Source: Ostreococcus lucimarinus
Lineage: Eukaryota
DNA length: 64,000 nucleotides
Assembly (NCBI GenBank): GCA_000092065.1
Contig: CP000583.1
Strand: one strand, 5' to 3'
A program made the translations under genes and the position numbers. The number at the start of each line of letters is the position of its first letter. Position 1 is the stretch's first letter. Below are positions 1 to 8,943 of the stretch, piece by piece. A model generated the notes under the pieces. It saw only the letters and a program-made list of their open reading frames with translations. It did not search any database and had not been told where the DNA came from.

Positions 1-612
1 CGCGTTGGTGAGGACGTTGGAGTGAACCGGGTCCGCAACGTGGGATTGCCAGTTGGCGATCGGGCCTTCTTGGGTGGCGAGCGCTTGGAAGATGCAGCCC
101 AACCACGCGAACATGGACAAGCGGCAGTGCTTGAGCTCCTTGATCTTGAGTTCTTCAAGGTCGCCAGACTCGGCGAGGCCGAGCGGGTCGAAGCGTCCAC
201 CCGGGTTGACGTCACCGACGGTGAGGCCATCATCGAACGGAGAGTCGGAGATACCGGTACGGTACGCTTCCGCGGCGCCGACGAGAACGATCTCGATGAT
301 GAGAACGTTCCAGAAGGACGGGTAGCCAGAGCCTTCCGGCGCGAGCGGGGCGACGGCGCCCGGGAACTTGTCCGCGACGGCGGTGCAGTCATCCGGGGTG
401 CACAAGGTACCCGCGGTGAACCACGGGATGCCGGTGCCGTTTTCGGCGGCCCACGCACCGGTGACGCCAAGCATCGCCCAGCGGCCGTGGATCACTTCAC
501 GCTCGGCGTTCTTTTCGTCGCCGAACGGGATGATCGGGGATTCGCCACCGCCCGGGTAGGTACCGAATTCCGGGTAGATGTCAGCCTTGACCGTCGTGGA
601 GACAGACTTGGC
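1..612 (-). CDS. Lhcp: Lhcp chlorophyll a/b-binding protein, copy A, exon 2. The C-terminal ~10 codons are cut off by the window start.
   Basis: The reverse complement of 1..612 is identical to exon 2 of the plus-strand copy at 1979..2614; ORF-track peptides at 53..325 and 368..559 repeat exactly at 2266..2538 and 2032..2223. The encoded peptide (…AKSVSTTVKADIYPEFGTYPGGGESPIIPFGDEKNAEREVIHGRWAMLG…) has the LHC Chl-binding helix motifs. The acceptor AG lies at complement of 613-614. Confidence 0.8.
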
Positions 613-1086
613 CTGCGATCGAACGAAGTTTATATTCTCCAGTCAGTCTCGTCGTCTCGTGATCGCGCACGCCCATCCGTCGTCGTCCGCCGACGCGCCC
701 GCCGCTCTAAAAAGTCTGTTCCCCCCCCGATCCACGTTTTCACGGTTCACGACTCGTGCCGACCCCCATCCGCGGCGATAAGAGCGAAACCGTATCTCGC
801 GCGCGGCGTCCCGCCCGATCGCCCGCGTCGCGCGCGCGTCGCCCGCGACCGACGCCTCGACCCCCGACGTCGCGCGACGCGCGCGACACATTTCCAGCAT
901 CCACCGCGCGCCGTCCCGCGCCCGTCCGCGCGACACCGCCCGCGCGAGGGCGCCGCGCGCGATCGCCCACCGCGATCGATCGCCCGATCGTTCGTTCGTT
1001 CGTTCGACGCGCGCGCGTCGCGTCCCTCGCGCGCGTCGTCGTCCCGCGCGTCGTCGCGCGTCGCGCGAAGGCTAAAAAATACGCAC

Positions 1087-1152
1087 TTGGATCTTGGTCG
1101 CCTTGAAGGCGGCGACGCGGCCGACGAAGGAGGAAGCGAGAAGGGCAGACAT
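1087..1152 (-). CDS. Lhcp: Lhcp copy A, exon 1 (MSALLASSFVGRVAAFKATKIQ, transit-peptide start)
   Basis: The reverse complement of 1087..1152 equals 1489..1554. ATG is the complement of 1150-1152; the donor GTGCGT follows as complement of 1081-1086; phase 0. Confidence 0.75.
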
Positions 1153-1488
1153 TACGACTGAGTGTGCGTGAATGCCGCGCGCGGCGCGCCACCGGTGGCG
1201 GTCGAGGCGCGCGCGCGGGCGCGGCCTCGCGGCGAACGAGATCTTCCGTGATGGGCGAAATACGGCGTGGAATGCGTGAATATCTCGCGATCGGGGTGTT
1301 TTATGTTTTATGCGTCGCGGCGCGCGCGATCGAGATCGCGATCGACGCGTTCGGGTTCGCGCGTCGCGCGCGATCGATCGTGCGTCGATCGATCGCGCGA
1401 TCGATCGATCGATCGATGGCGCGCGATCGATGGCGCGCGATCTCGCGCGCGCGCGCGAGCGGCATACCTGCACACGCACATTTCTACA
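1153..1488. promoter_or_regulatory. Shared bidirectional promoter / 5'UTR region between two divergently oriented Lhcp genes. It has a dense cluster of CGATCG hexamers and a short tandem gttttat duplication.
   Basis: Only 336 bp separate the two ATGs (1152 minus, 1489 plus). CGATCG occurs more than a dozen times between ~1320 and 1450. Confidence 0.5.
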
Positions 1489-1554
1489 ATGTCTGCCCTT
1501 CTCGCTTCCTCCTTCGTCGGCCGCGTCGCCGCCTTCAAGGCGACCAAGATCCAA
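1489..1554 (+). CDS. Lhcp: Lhcp copy B, exon 1
   Basis: ATG at 1489. Twenty-two codons (MSALLASSFVGRVAAFKATKIQ) are followed by GTGCGT at 1555. Confidence 0.8.
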
Positions 1555-1978
1555 GTGCGTATTTTTTAGCCTTCGCGCGACGCGCGACGACGCGCGGGAC
1601 GACGACGCGCGCGAGGGACGCGATCGCATCGCGCGCCATCGATCGACGGCGTGAGATACGCGACATCGCGCGCGCGGCGCGCATCGCGTCGTCGCGACGC
1701 GGGACGTGCGACGCCGCGAAGGGCGTCGCGGGAAGCGATGTCGATGATTATTTGTGATCGCGACGCGACGCGCGTCGGCGTCGCGACGCGTCGCGACGGG
1801 CGAGCGGGCGCTCGATCGCCGCGGCGATAGGATAACCGCGATACGGATATTTTCTATCTGTTTGTTTGACTGGACGAAGCGCGGGCGCGGGGCGGAGGAC
1901 GCGGGTGATTGGATCGATCGTTCGAGCGAAGAGAGGAGACTGACGAAAGAAACGCGATGTGTTTTACGAAATGAACAG

Positions 1979-2614
1979 GCCAAGTCTGTCTCCACGACGG
2001 TCAAGGCTGACATCTACCCGGAATTCGGTACCTACCCGGGCGGTGGCGAATCCCCGATCATCCCGTTCGGCGACGAAAAGAACGCCGAGCGTGAAGTGAT
2101 CCACGGCCGCTGGGCGATGCTTGGCGTCACCGGTGCGTGGGCCGCCGAAAACGGCACCGGCATCCCGTGGTTCACCGCGGGTACCTTGTGCACCCCGGAT
2201 GACTGCACCGCCGTCGCGGACAAGTTCCCGGGCGCCGTCGCCCCGCTCGCGCCGGAAGGCTCTGGCTACCCGTCCTTCTGGAACGTTCTCATCATCGAGA
2301 TCGTTCTCGTCGGCGCCGCGGAAGCGTACCGTACCGGTATCTCCGACTCTCCGTTCGATGATGGCCTCACCGTCGGTGACGTCAACCCGGGTGGACGCTT
2401 CGACCCGCTCGGCCTCGCCGAGTCTGGCGACCTTGAAGAACTCAAGATCAAGGAGCTCAAGCACTGCCGCTTGTCCATGTTCGCGTGGTTGGGCTGCATC
2501 TTCCAAGCGCTCGCCACCCAAGAAGGCCCGATCGCCAACTGGCAATCCCACGTTGCGGACCCGGTTCACTCCAACGTCCTCACCAACGCGGCCAAGGGCT
2601 TCGGCTTCTACTAA
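1979..2614 (+). CDS. Lhcp: Lhcp copy B, exon 2: prasinophyte-type light-harvesting chlorophyll a/b-binding protein
   Basis: Acceptor cag at 1976-1978. The continuous frame reaches TAA at 2612-2614. The peptide carries EVIHGRWAMLG, GPFDPLGL-like and second-helix ELKHCRLSMFAWLG motifs typical of LHC. Confidence 0.85.
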   Translation, partial: AKSVSTTVKADIYPEFGTYPGGGESPIIPFGDEKNAEREVIHGRWAMLGVTGAWAAENGTGIPWFTAGTLCTPDDCTAVADKFPGAVAPLAPEGSGYPSFWNVLIIEIVLVGAAEAYRTGISDSPFDDGLTVGDVNPGGRFDPLGLAESGDLEELKIKELKHCRLSMFAWLGCIFQALATQEGPIANWQSHVADPVHSNVLTNAAKGFGFY

Positions 2615-2914
2615 GCGGTTCACCGCCTTGGTAGCTTCGTCATAGGGTAGCTTGATCGGCGGCCGTCGACTTCGCGTCTACGGTCACCTCCAAGATTTCT
2701 CTGACAGCGCTGGGAATTCCCGACTGCTTTTGGGGCTTTGTCTCTTCAATAACATTCGTTTTAATGATGCATCTCTCGATGTTTGATTACTCTTCGCCTC
2801 CGCGTCGCCGTCGCCGCGCTCTGGATAGCCCGCAGACGCGCGTCCCGGCATCTTGCCCCACACACGCGCGCGCGCGTTCCCTTCGCCCCCGTGGCCGGAT
2901 CGAACGCGAAGAAC

Positions 2915-4462
2915 ATGGCGACGACGATCGCTTCGCGCGCCGTCGCGGCGACGACGCCCCGCGCGCGCGCGCGCGCGCGAACGAATCCCCGCGCGTCGTC
3001 CACCTCGCGTCGGACCCGCGCGATCGCCGACGCCAACGCCGAGGCGACGGCCGAGGACGCGCGCGAGCTCGCGGCGTGGTTATCCTACGACAAGGGCGTG
3101 GACGCGAGCGGATTAGTGTTCAAAGAGGGCGCGAGAGGCGAGGTGGAGGTGGCCCTGCGCGGAGACGTCGACGCCGGGGCGCGCGTGCTCGCGGTGCCGC
3201 AAGACTGCGCGGTGACGTCCGTGGACGTCGACGCGCACCCGATCGTCAGCGGATTGGCCAAGGGGCGACCAGAGCTCGTCGGGTTGGCGCTGTGGTTGTG
3301 CGCGGAGCGCATCAAGGGTGGAGCGAGCGATTGGGCGCCGTACGTGAAGACGCTCGCGGCGAATCCAGACGCGCCGTTGTTTTGGACCGAGGCGGAAGAT
3401 TTCGCGCTGTTGAAGGGGTCGCCGATCGTGAATGATGCGGTAGAACGCTCGAGGAGCGCGAGGGAGGAATATGCGGCTATCGTGGAGGTCATTAAGGGTG
3501 ATCCCACGGCGTTTCCCGCGGAGGCGTACGAGTTTTTCACCGAGGAGCGCTTCGTGGACGCGCTGGCGACGGTGTGCGCCAAGGCGACTTGGTTACCCAC
3601 GGCATCGTGCTATGCGTTGGTGCCTTTGTTAGACGTCATCACGATTGCTGGATCTCCGGTGCCGGGCGTTTCACCGCCCTCGGCGAAGGATGGAATCGCG
3701 CGGTGCGCTGCGGATTACGACGTCGACAGCGCGTGCGTGGTTTTATCCGCCGTCGTCAAGGCGCCGGCGAACTCGCGAGTCGTACAGTTGGATCCGTTGC
3801 AAAGGAACAACGGTGAGCTGTTCTTGAACACTGGTCGCGTTGATCAGAAGCATCCAGGGGATTATTTGTACATGCGGACCGAGATTCAGCCCTCCGATCG
3901 CTTATTTTCGGCGAAGAAGCAAGTCCTCGAGGGTATGGGTTTCACCGCCGAAAACCAGTACTTTCCGGTGTATGAAGATCGTATGCCGACCCAGTTGTAC
4001 TCTTATCTTCGTTTTGCCCGCGTTCAAGATCCCGGTGAGATGATGGCGGTGTCGTTTGAGGAGGATAAAATCGTTTCGGTGATGAACGAATACGAAATTC
4101 TTCAGCTTCTCATGGGCGATTGTCGAGAGTTAATGTCTGAATACGACACGAATGAGGAAGACGAGCTGAACCTGTTGAAGCTCTCGGACACGATGCGCGT
4201 GCGAGAGATCGAGGCGGCCAAGCTTAGAATGTCCGAGAAGAAGCTCATCGGTTGCACGATGACGGCGGTTCGCAAGCGCTTGGCGCCGATTCGTGGCATC
4301 CCAACCAAGCAAGGCATGGAAGACCCGAACCAGGATCTTTTAGACATTTTCAACGCGATCGAGAGCATTCCAAATAAGCCAAAGGAAATGATGGAAGACT
4401 TCAAGAAGTGGGCGCGTGGGGACTACGAAGACATCCCCAAAGGCGGGGGTGGCTGCGGGTAG
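2915..4462 (+). CDS. SET-domain lysine methyltransferase, Rubisco LSMT / SETD3-like, with an Ala/Arg/Ser-rich N-terminal presequence
   Basis: First ATG in the ORF is at 2915. It has a SET-like core (…LFWTEAEDFALLKGSPI…) and a C-terminal Rubisco-LSMT substrate-binding-like region. Gene model is single-exon. Confidence 0.6.
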   Translation: MATTIASRAVAATTPRARARARTNPRASSTSRRTRAIADANAEATAEDARELAAWLSYDKGVDASGLVFKEGARGEVEVALRGDVDAGARVLAVPQDCAVTSVDVDAHPIVSGLAKGRPELVGLALWLCAERIKGGASDWAPYVKTLAANPDAPLFWTEAEDFALLKGSPIVNDAVERSRSAREEYAAIVEVIKGDPTAFPAEAYEFFTEERFVDALATVCAKATWLPTASCYALVPLLDVITIAGSPVPGVSPPSAKDGIARCAADYDVDSACVVLSAVVKAPANSRVVQLDPLQRNNGELFLNTGRVDQKHPGDYLYMRTEIQPSDRLFSAKKQVLEGMGFTAENQYFPVYEDRMPTQLYSYLRFARVQDPGEMMAVSFEEDKIVSVMNEYEILQLLMGDCRELMSEYDTNEEDELNLLKLSDTMRVREIEAAKLRMSEKKLIGCTMTAVRKRLAPIRGIPTKQGMEDPNQDLLDIFNAIESIPNKPKEMMEDFKKWARGDYEDIPKGGGGCG

Positions 4463-4505
4463 TTTTAGAAAATTTTAAGCGCGTTTATATTAATGTACCC
4501 ACTCT

Positions 4506-6242
4506 CTACTTGCTAATGTCTTCCTCGTCTTCGTCTTCGTCCTCGTCCTCGTCCTCGTCCGCACTTTTGTCGAAAATTTGTTCCAAAGCGTTGACGACGT
4601 CAGCGTTCGTATCCATCAAGAAGAAGAGATCGTCGAGTAACGCTTGCTGAGTCTCTTCTTCCGTTTCGAATTCACGCTGCGGCAGCTCCTCTAATTCCAT
4701 GAAGTCATTGATCTCGAGGTTGAAGTACGCCTGCTTCAGAGCCTTGACTTCATCTTCGCTCACGACGGAGGTTACTACGCCTGGGGCCATGGTACCGAGA
4801 CGCCCGCATCGACCGGCTCGATGTAAATAACTGCTCGTTGAAGGAGCGTCTAAACTATAAATGTGCTGAATATTTGGCATATCCAGCCCCCGCTCACTTT
4901 CAGACGTGCACACTAATATGCTAGCCTTGTTGTTCTTGAAATCTTGAACCGTTCGCAAAGCCTCGGTGCCCTCGGGGAGCAACATCAACAGCTTGTGTTC
5001 GCCCCAGAGCGCCTTCCGCACGGGCCCAGCCGTAACTTTCGCCGCTTCGCTATTCGGAACAAAAATGAACGTTCGCGGCGGTGGTGCATCTTCTCCTGCT
5101 TCTTCGAGATCTTTACGAAGCTGTCGCGTGAGTGCGATAAGCTTGCGAGAACGGTCCTTCACGACGAGCATTCGGTGCGTGATGCCCGGGGGCACGCGCA
5201 TACCGCCGCCCGTGGTGATCCAAATGGGATCCTTCATTAGACCTTTAGATGTGCACCGATCGACGATCTCTTGCGACAACGCCACGCCACTAAGACACAC
5301 GCATCGGTCCTCCATCACTGGCTCGTATGGTGACGGTTTGAGCAACACATCCATCGCATCTGGGTGCTTGTCGAAGAGCACATCCGCTTCGTCGGCGATG
5401 ATGAATTGTGCCAGATCCACCTCTAAATCTCCTTGTAGCTTCAAATCTTTGAGCTCTTCGGGCGTTCCGACGACGATTTCCGCGATGCATAAGTCGGGAT
5501 CCGGATTCAACACGTGCTTTTCAAAATCAAACGCGCCCTTCACCTTCACGCCGCGGGGACCGATGTATCTAAAGATGTTACCCGAATCTCCTGGTCTCTG
5601 CGTGCTCACGTTCCCTCCGAGTATGCGCCATATCAGCATAGAGTTCTGTACCACCAGTTCTCTCGTCGGCACGATCACCAGCAACTGCAGCATCCCTCTC
5701 CCCACGTAATTCAACCCGTCGATGCTCGGCATGAGGTACGCCAGCGTCTTCCCGCTCCCCGTCTGACTCGAAATAACCACGTCGTTCACGTTCATCATCG
5801 CCAGCGCCGCCCGTCGCTGAATCGCCGTGGGATATCGGAACCCTAAATCCTCCGCCCGAGACGCGATCCAGTTCGCCATTCCGAGCGACCGCCAATCGAG
5901 CAACTGCTCCCGCGGGTCCGTCATCCCTTGCACGCGCCGCAGCTTTTCCGACACCCTCTGCGCCAACCCGTAATCCTCCTCAAATATCGCCTTATTCAGC
6001 GCCGTGGTGAGAATGTTTTCATCCTCCGTCCCGTCCGCGTCGAACCCATCGAGCGCAGACGCGTCGCTCGCTCCGTCGTCACCGGTCCCGCCGTCACCGA
6101 ACGGCGCCGCGTCTCGCGCGCGCAATCGGTCGCCTCGCGCGCGCGGGCCCGCGCGCGGACGCGCGCGACGCGTCGATGACGACGCTCGCGACGTCCGCGC
6201 CCGTCGCGGGACGCTCGCGCGATGTCCGCTCGCGACGCGCAT
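4506..6242 (-). CDS. DEAD-box ATP-dependent RNA helicase with an Arg/Ser-rich presequence and acidic DEDEDE tail
   Basis: Q motif GFRYPTAIQ, motif I SQTGSGKT, VIVPTRELV, ADEAD, the SAT-equivalent, and HRAGRCGRLG. The ORF-track start is a GTG; the first real ATG is the complement of 6240-6242. Confidence 0.8.
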   Translation of the reverse strand: MRVASGHRASVPRRARTSRASSSTRRARPRAGPRARGDRLRARDAAPFGDGGTGDDGASDASALDGFDADGTEDENILTTALNKAIFEEDYGLAQRVSEKLRRVQGMTDPREQLLDWRSLGMANWIASRAEDLGFRYPTAIQRRAALAMMNVNDVVISSQTGSGKTLAYLMPSIDGLNYVGRGMLQLLVIVPTRELVVQNSMLIWRILGGNVSTQRPGDSGNIFRYIGPRGVKVKGAFDFEKHVLNPDPDLCIAEIVVGTPEELKDLKLQGDLEVDLAQFIIADEADVLFDKHPDAMDVLLKPSPYEPVMEDRCVCLSGVALSQEIVDRCTSKGLMKDPIWITTGGGMRVPPGITHRMLVVKDRSRKLIALTRQLRKDLEEAGEDAPPPRTFIFVPNSEAAKVTAGPVRKALWGEHKLLMLLPEGTEALRTVQDFKNNKASILVCTSESERGLDMPNIQHIYSLDAPSTSSYLHRAGRCGRLGTMAPGVVTSVVSEDEVKALKQAYFNLEINDFMELEELPQREFETEEETQQALLDDLFFLMDTNADVVNALEQIFDKSADEDEDEDEDEDEEDISK

Positions 6243-6561
6243 GCCGCGGTCGTTCGCGCGCGTCGAGTGACGTCGCGCCCGCGCGCTCGAGGCGACACGA
6301 GCGCGTCGCGGTTTCACCGCCTCGTCGTCGATCGACGGTCAAGGGTCGACGCGAAACTAGATCGTGAACCTAAAATGAGGTTCACATTCGTCGATGGCGT
6401 CGATCGATGGACGGTTTCGAGGCAACCTGCGCGCGCGAAACTGAAATGAGGTTCGGCGTCACCGATCGCCGTGATCGACGCGCAAACCTGGGGCGCGACG
6501 TCGAACCCGTCGCGGCGCGCGTCGAACCTGGGACGGCGCGCAATCATCGACGCGGGAAACT

Positions 6562-6924
6562 ATGCGCGCGTCGTCATCGCACGCGCGCGCGCGTGTCGGT
6601 AGAAATCATGTTCACGCGTCGCGCGCGCGCGCGCGTGGGGTGGACGGTGGACGGCCTTCGCGTGTGGCGACGGCGGAACCGTCGCTAATTCGGGAAGGAT
6701 TGGTGTCGAGCCGTGGGACGCGGGGCGGGGCGCGCGTGCTGGTTCAAACGGGCGCGATCGATCCCGCGAGCGCCGTGTCGGCGGTCCAGGGGTTCGTGCT
6801 CGACGGGTCGCCGGGTTTGCGTGCCGCGGCGATGGCGAATACCGCGGTGTTTACGAGCGGCTTCGGCGTCTTGCGACTCGGGTTGACGCTCGCGGGTATC
6901 GCGCACTCGTGGTTTCTCGGAACG
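6562..6924 (+). CDS. DUF92/TMEM19-family integral membrane protein, exon 1 (presequence plus first TM region)
   Basis: Frame-1 ORF ends …LTLAGIAHSWFLGT followed by GTGCGT at 6925. It joins in phase with exon 2 to give the DUF92 pattern G.LAAF.VGFL…FF.SSxLTK. Confidence 0.5.
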
Positions 6925-7195
6925 GTGCGTGAATCGCCAGAAACACGCGTGGCGATGCGCATTTAGATTTTTTGTCGCGAGTGCGACGCTCGAACGACCG
7001 TGGGAGGTGATGACAGATGACAGATACTTCCGAGCGCGCGCAACGCGGACCGACAATCGTCGGTGCAGCGACGGCCGCTCCGTGAGCGAGTATCAAAATA
7101 TTAGTTTTCAATCTGATCCCGGAGGTTTCTGATAGTTCTGAGACTCGTTTTTTGTGCGTTCGACAGACTGACTCGCTTTTCCCGCGCGCACGCAG

Positions 7196-7816
7196 GTCGT
7201 CATGGCGGCGTTTGGTGTCGGAGGATACGCTCTCGTGTGCGCCTACTTCATCGTCGGCAGTGCGGTGACAAAGATAAAATTGAAGGAAAAGCAAGCCGAG
7301 GGGATAGCGGAGGCGCGGGGAGGGCTTCGTGGCCCCGGAAGCGTGTGGGGGAGCGGGACGGCGGGGATTTTGTGCGCTATTGCGGCGCTTTCGGGATGGA
7401 CACCCGTGTCGTTGGAACTCTGGCGGATCGGTTTCGTGGCGAGCTTTTGCAGCAAACTCAGCGACACCACCGCAAGTGAGATCGGCAAGGCCTACGGCAA
7501 GACGACCTATATGAGCACGCCACCGTTCAAGTTAGTTCCCAGAGGTACGGAGGGCGCCGTTAGCGTCGAAGGAACCGTGGCTGGTATCGTCGTATCGGGT
7601 CTGTTCGCCGGGCTTGCGTTCATCATCGGTCAACTGGATGCCGTCGGCGTCGGTGTATGCGTCCTCGCTGCCTTCATCGCGACGACCTTCGAGAGCATGC
7701 TCGGGGCGGCTGTGCAGGGTAGAAAAGGATTTGATTGGATGTCTAACGACGTGGTGAACGGAATACAGATCACGCTCGCGGCTGGGGTGGCCATCGCGTT
7801 GAGAACAATCGTCTGA
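7196..7816 (+). CDS. DUF92/TMEM19-family membrane protein, exon 2
   Basis: Acceptor cgcag at 7191-7195. The peptide has YFIVGSAVTKIKLKEK…GGLRGPGSVWGSG… and SKLSDTTASEIGKAYG, matching the DUF92 conserved blocks; several TM helices. Confidence 0.65.
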   Translation, partial: VVMAAFGVGGYALVCAYFIVGSAVTKIKLKEKQAEGIAEARGGLRGPGSVWGSGTAGILCAIAALSGWTPVSLELWRIGFVASFCSKLSDTTASEIGKAYGKTTYMSTPPFKLVPRGTEGAVSVEGTVAGIVVSGLFAGLAFIIGQLDAVGVGVCVLAAFIATTFESMLGAAVQGRKGFDWMSNDVVNGIQITLAAGVAIALRTIV

Positions 7817-7946
7817 GTCGACTAGATTCGAATCATCGTCGCGACGACACTCGTAGTAAAATTTACAAACTAGATAGAATTTAACAGATGGCTAGTTCAG
7901 GACCCCTTTTCTGTCATCCGGCACGGATAATGAAAAATCTCGTTCC

Positions 7947-8885
7947 TCACGACCCCTCCGACGTCGCCGCCCTTTGTTTATCATCGCACCGCGTCACGAA
8001 ATCATGAACCTCGTCGGCAAACTTTTTCGGTTCTTCGAGGTACAACCAATGCCCACAGTTTTCGAAAATCTTCAACTCCGAATCGGGAATCATCTCAGCC
8101 ACCGCTTTGATGCCATCTATGGGAAATATTTTGGTTTCACGTCCCGCCAGGACGAGCGCCGGGATGGTCATGTGTCGACACTCGCTTCGCCAGTCTTGGT
8201 GCGTGTGGTCGTACATCAGCTCGCACAACGCCTCGGGACAGCACTCGAGCGTCTCGCTCTTCACCATGGCGAGCACGTCGGGATCAACGACACTGAGATC
8301 GTGAAAGCAAGCCTCGGCGTTACCATCCGCGAACGTAGACATATCTCTTCTCACAGCCGCCGCCAACGCCTCGTAACTCGCCGCGTCGTAACAACCCAAA
8401 CTCCCCAGCTCCCAATCCGGGCGTCTATTCTGCAACGGGGCCTGATCCACGAGCACCGCGCCGATGACGCTCACCTCGGTCGCATCGCTCCCCCCTCCGA
8501 CGCGCCATCGCGCGCCGCACAACTGTAAGAGCGACCAAACGACCGCGCATCCCATCGACGCGCCGACGAGCACGAACCCGCTCGGCGACAGTCTCGCCGC
8601 CGCCTGCTCCAGGACCTCCCGCAGGTCCATCGCCAGCCGCGCGACGGTGTGGCCGCGTCCCGGACGGTCGCTCCCGCCGTGCCCTCGAAGATCGAACGCG
8701 ATCGTCGCGGGAAAGTCGTCGCGCGCCGCGCGCATCGCCGGCGACCAGTACGCCGCCGTCCCGCTCCAACCGTGGACGAGGACGACGACGGGGCGATCGC
8801 GCGCGGGCGTAGCGCCGCCGACGACGGCGCGGAGGCGAACGCGGCCGCCGTCGACGGGGTCCAGGTCGAGCGCGGTCCACGGCAT
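7947..8885 (-). CDS. alpha/beta-hydrolase fold protein (AB hydrolase-1)
   Basis: PVVVLVHGWSG…GASMGC nucleophile elbow (G-x-S-x-G) and a C-terminal ENCGHWLYLEEP block. The first ATG (MPWTALD…) is the complement of 8883-8885; the ORF-track start is a TTG. Confidence 0.65.
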   Translation of the reverse strand: MPWTALDLDPVDGGRVRLRAVVGGATPARDRPVVVLVHGWSGTAAYWSPAMRAARDDFPATIAFDLRGHGGSDRPGRGHTVARLAMDLREVLEQAAARLSPSGFVLVGASMGCAVVWSLLQLCGARWRVGGGSDATEVSVIGAVLVDQAPLQNRRPDWELGSLGCYDAASYEALAAAVRRDMSTFADGNAEACFHDLSVVDPDVLAMVKSETLECCPEALCELMYDHTHQDWRSECRHMTIPALVLAGRETKIFPIDGIKAVAEMIPDSELKIFENCGHWLYLEEPKKFADEVHDFVTRCDDKQRAATSEGS

Positions 8886-8943
8886 CGCGCGTCGACGAGT
8901 GTTTGGGAGCGAGGTCGATTGCAAAGGGCGGCGTCGCTCGGTT

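Larger units (their letters stand above)
1..2623. repeat. Large inverted repeat (palindrome): arm 1..~1160 against arm ~1480..2623, i.e. two inverted Lhcp genes
   Basis: Six-frame ORFs are duplicated exactly on opposite strands (22..1161+ against 1964..2623-). The intron interiors (613..1086 against 1555..1978) are not conserved. Confidence 0.85.

Noticed and set aside
22-1161. 379-aa plus-strand ORF at the window start
   Set aside because: It is the antisense or wrong frame of the minus-strand Lhcp copy A. Its peptide reappears on the minus strand at 1964..2623 as the antisense of copy B. This is a GC-rich no-stop artefact.
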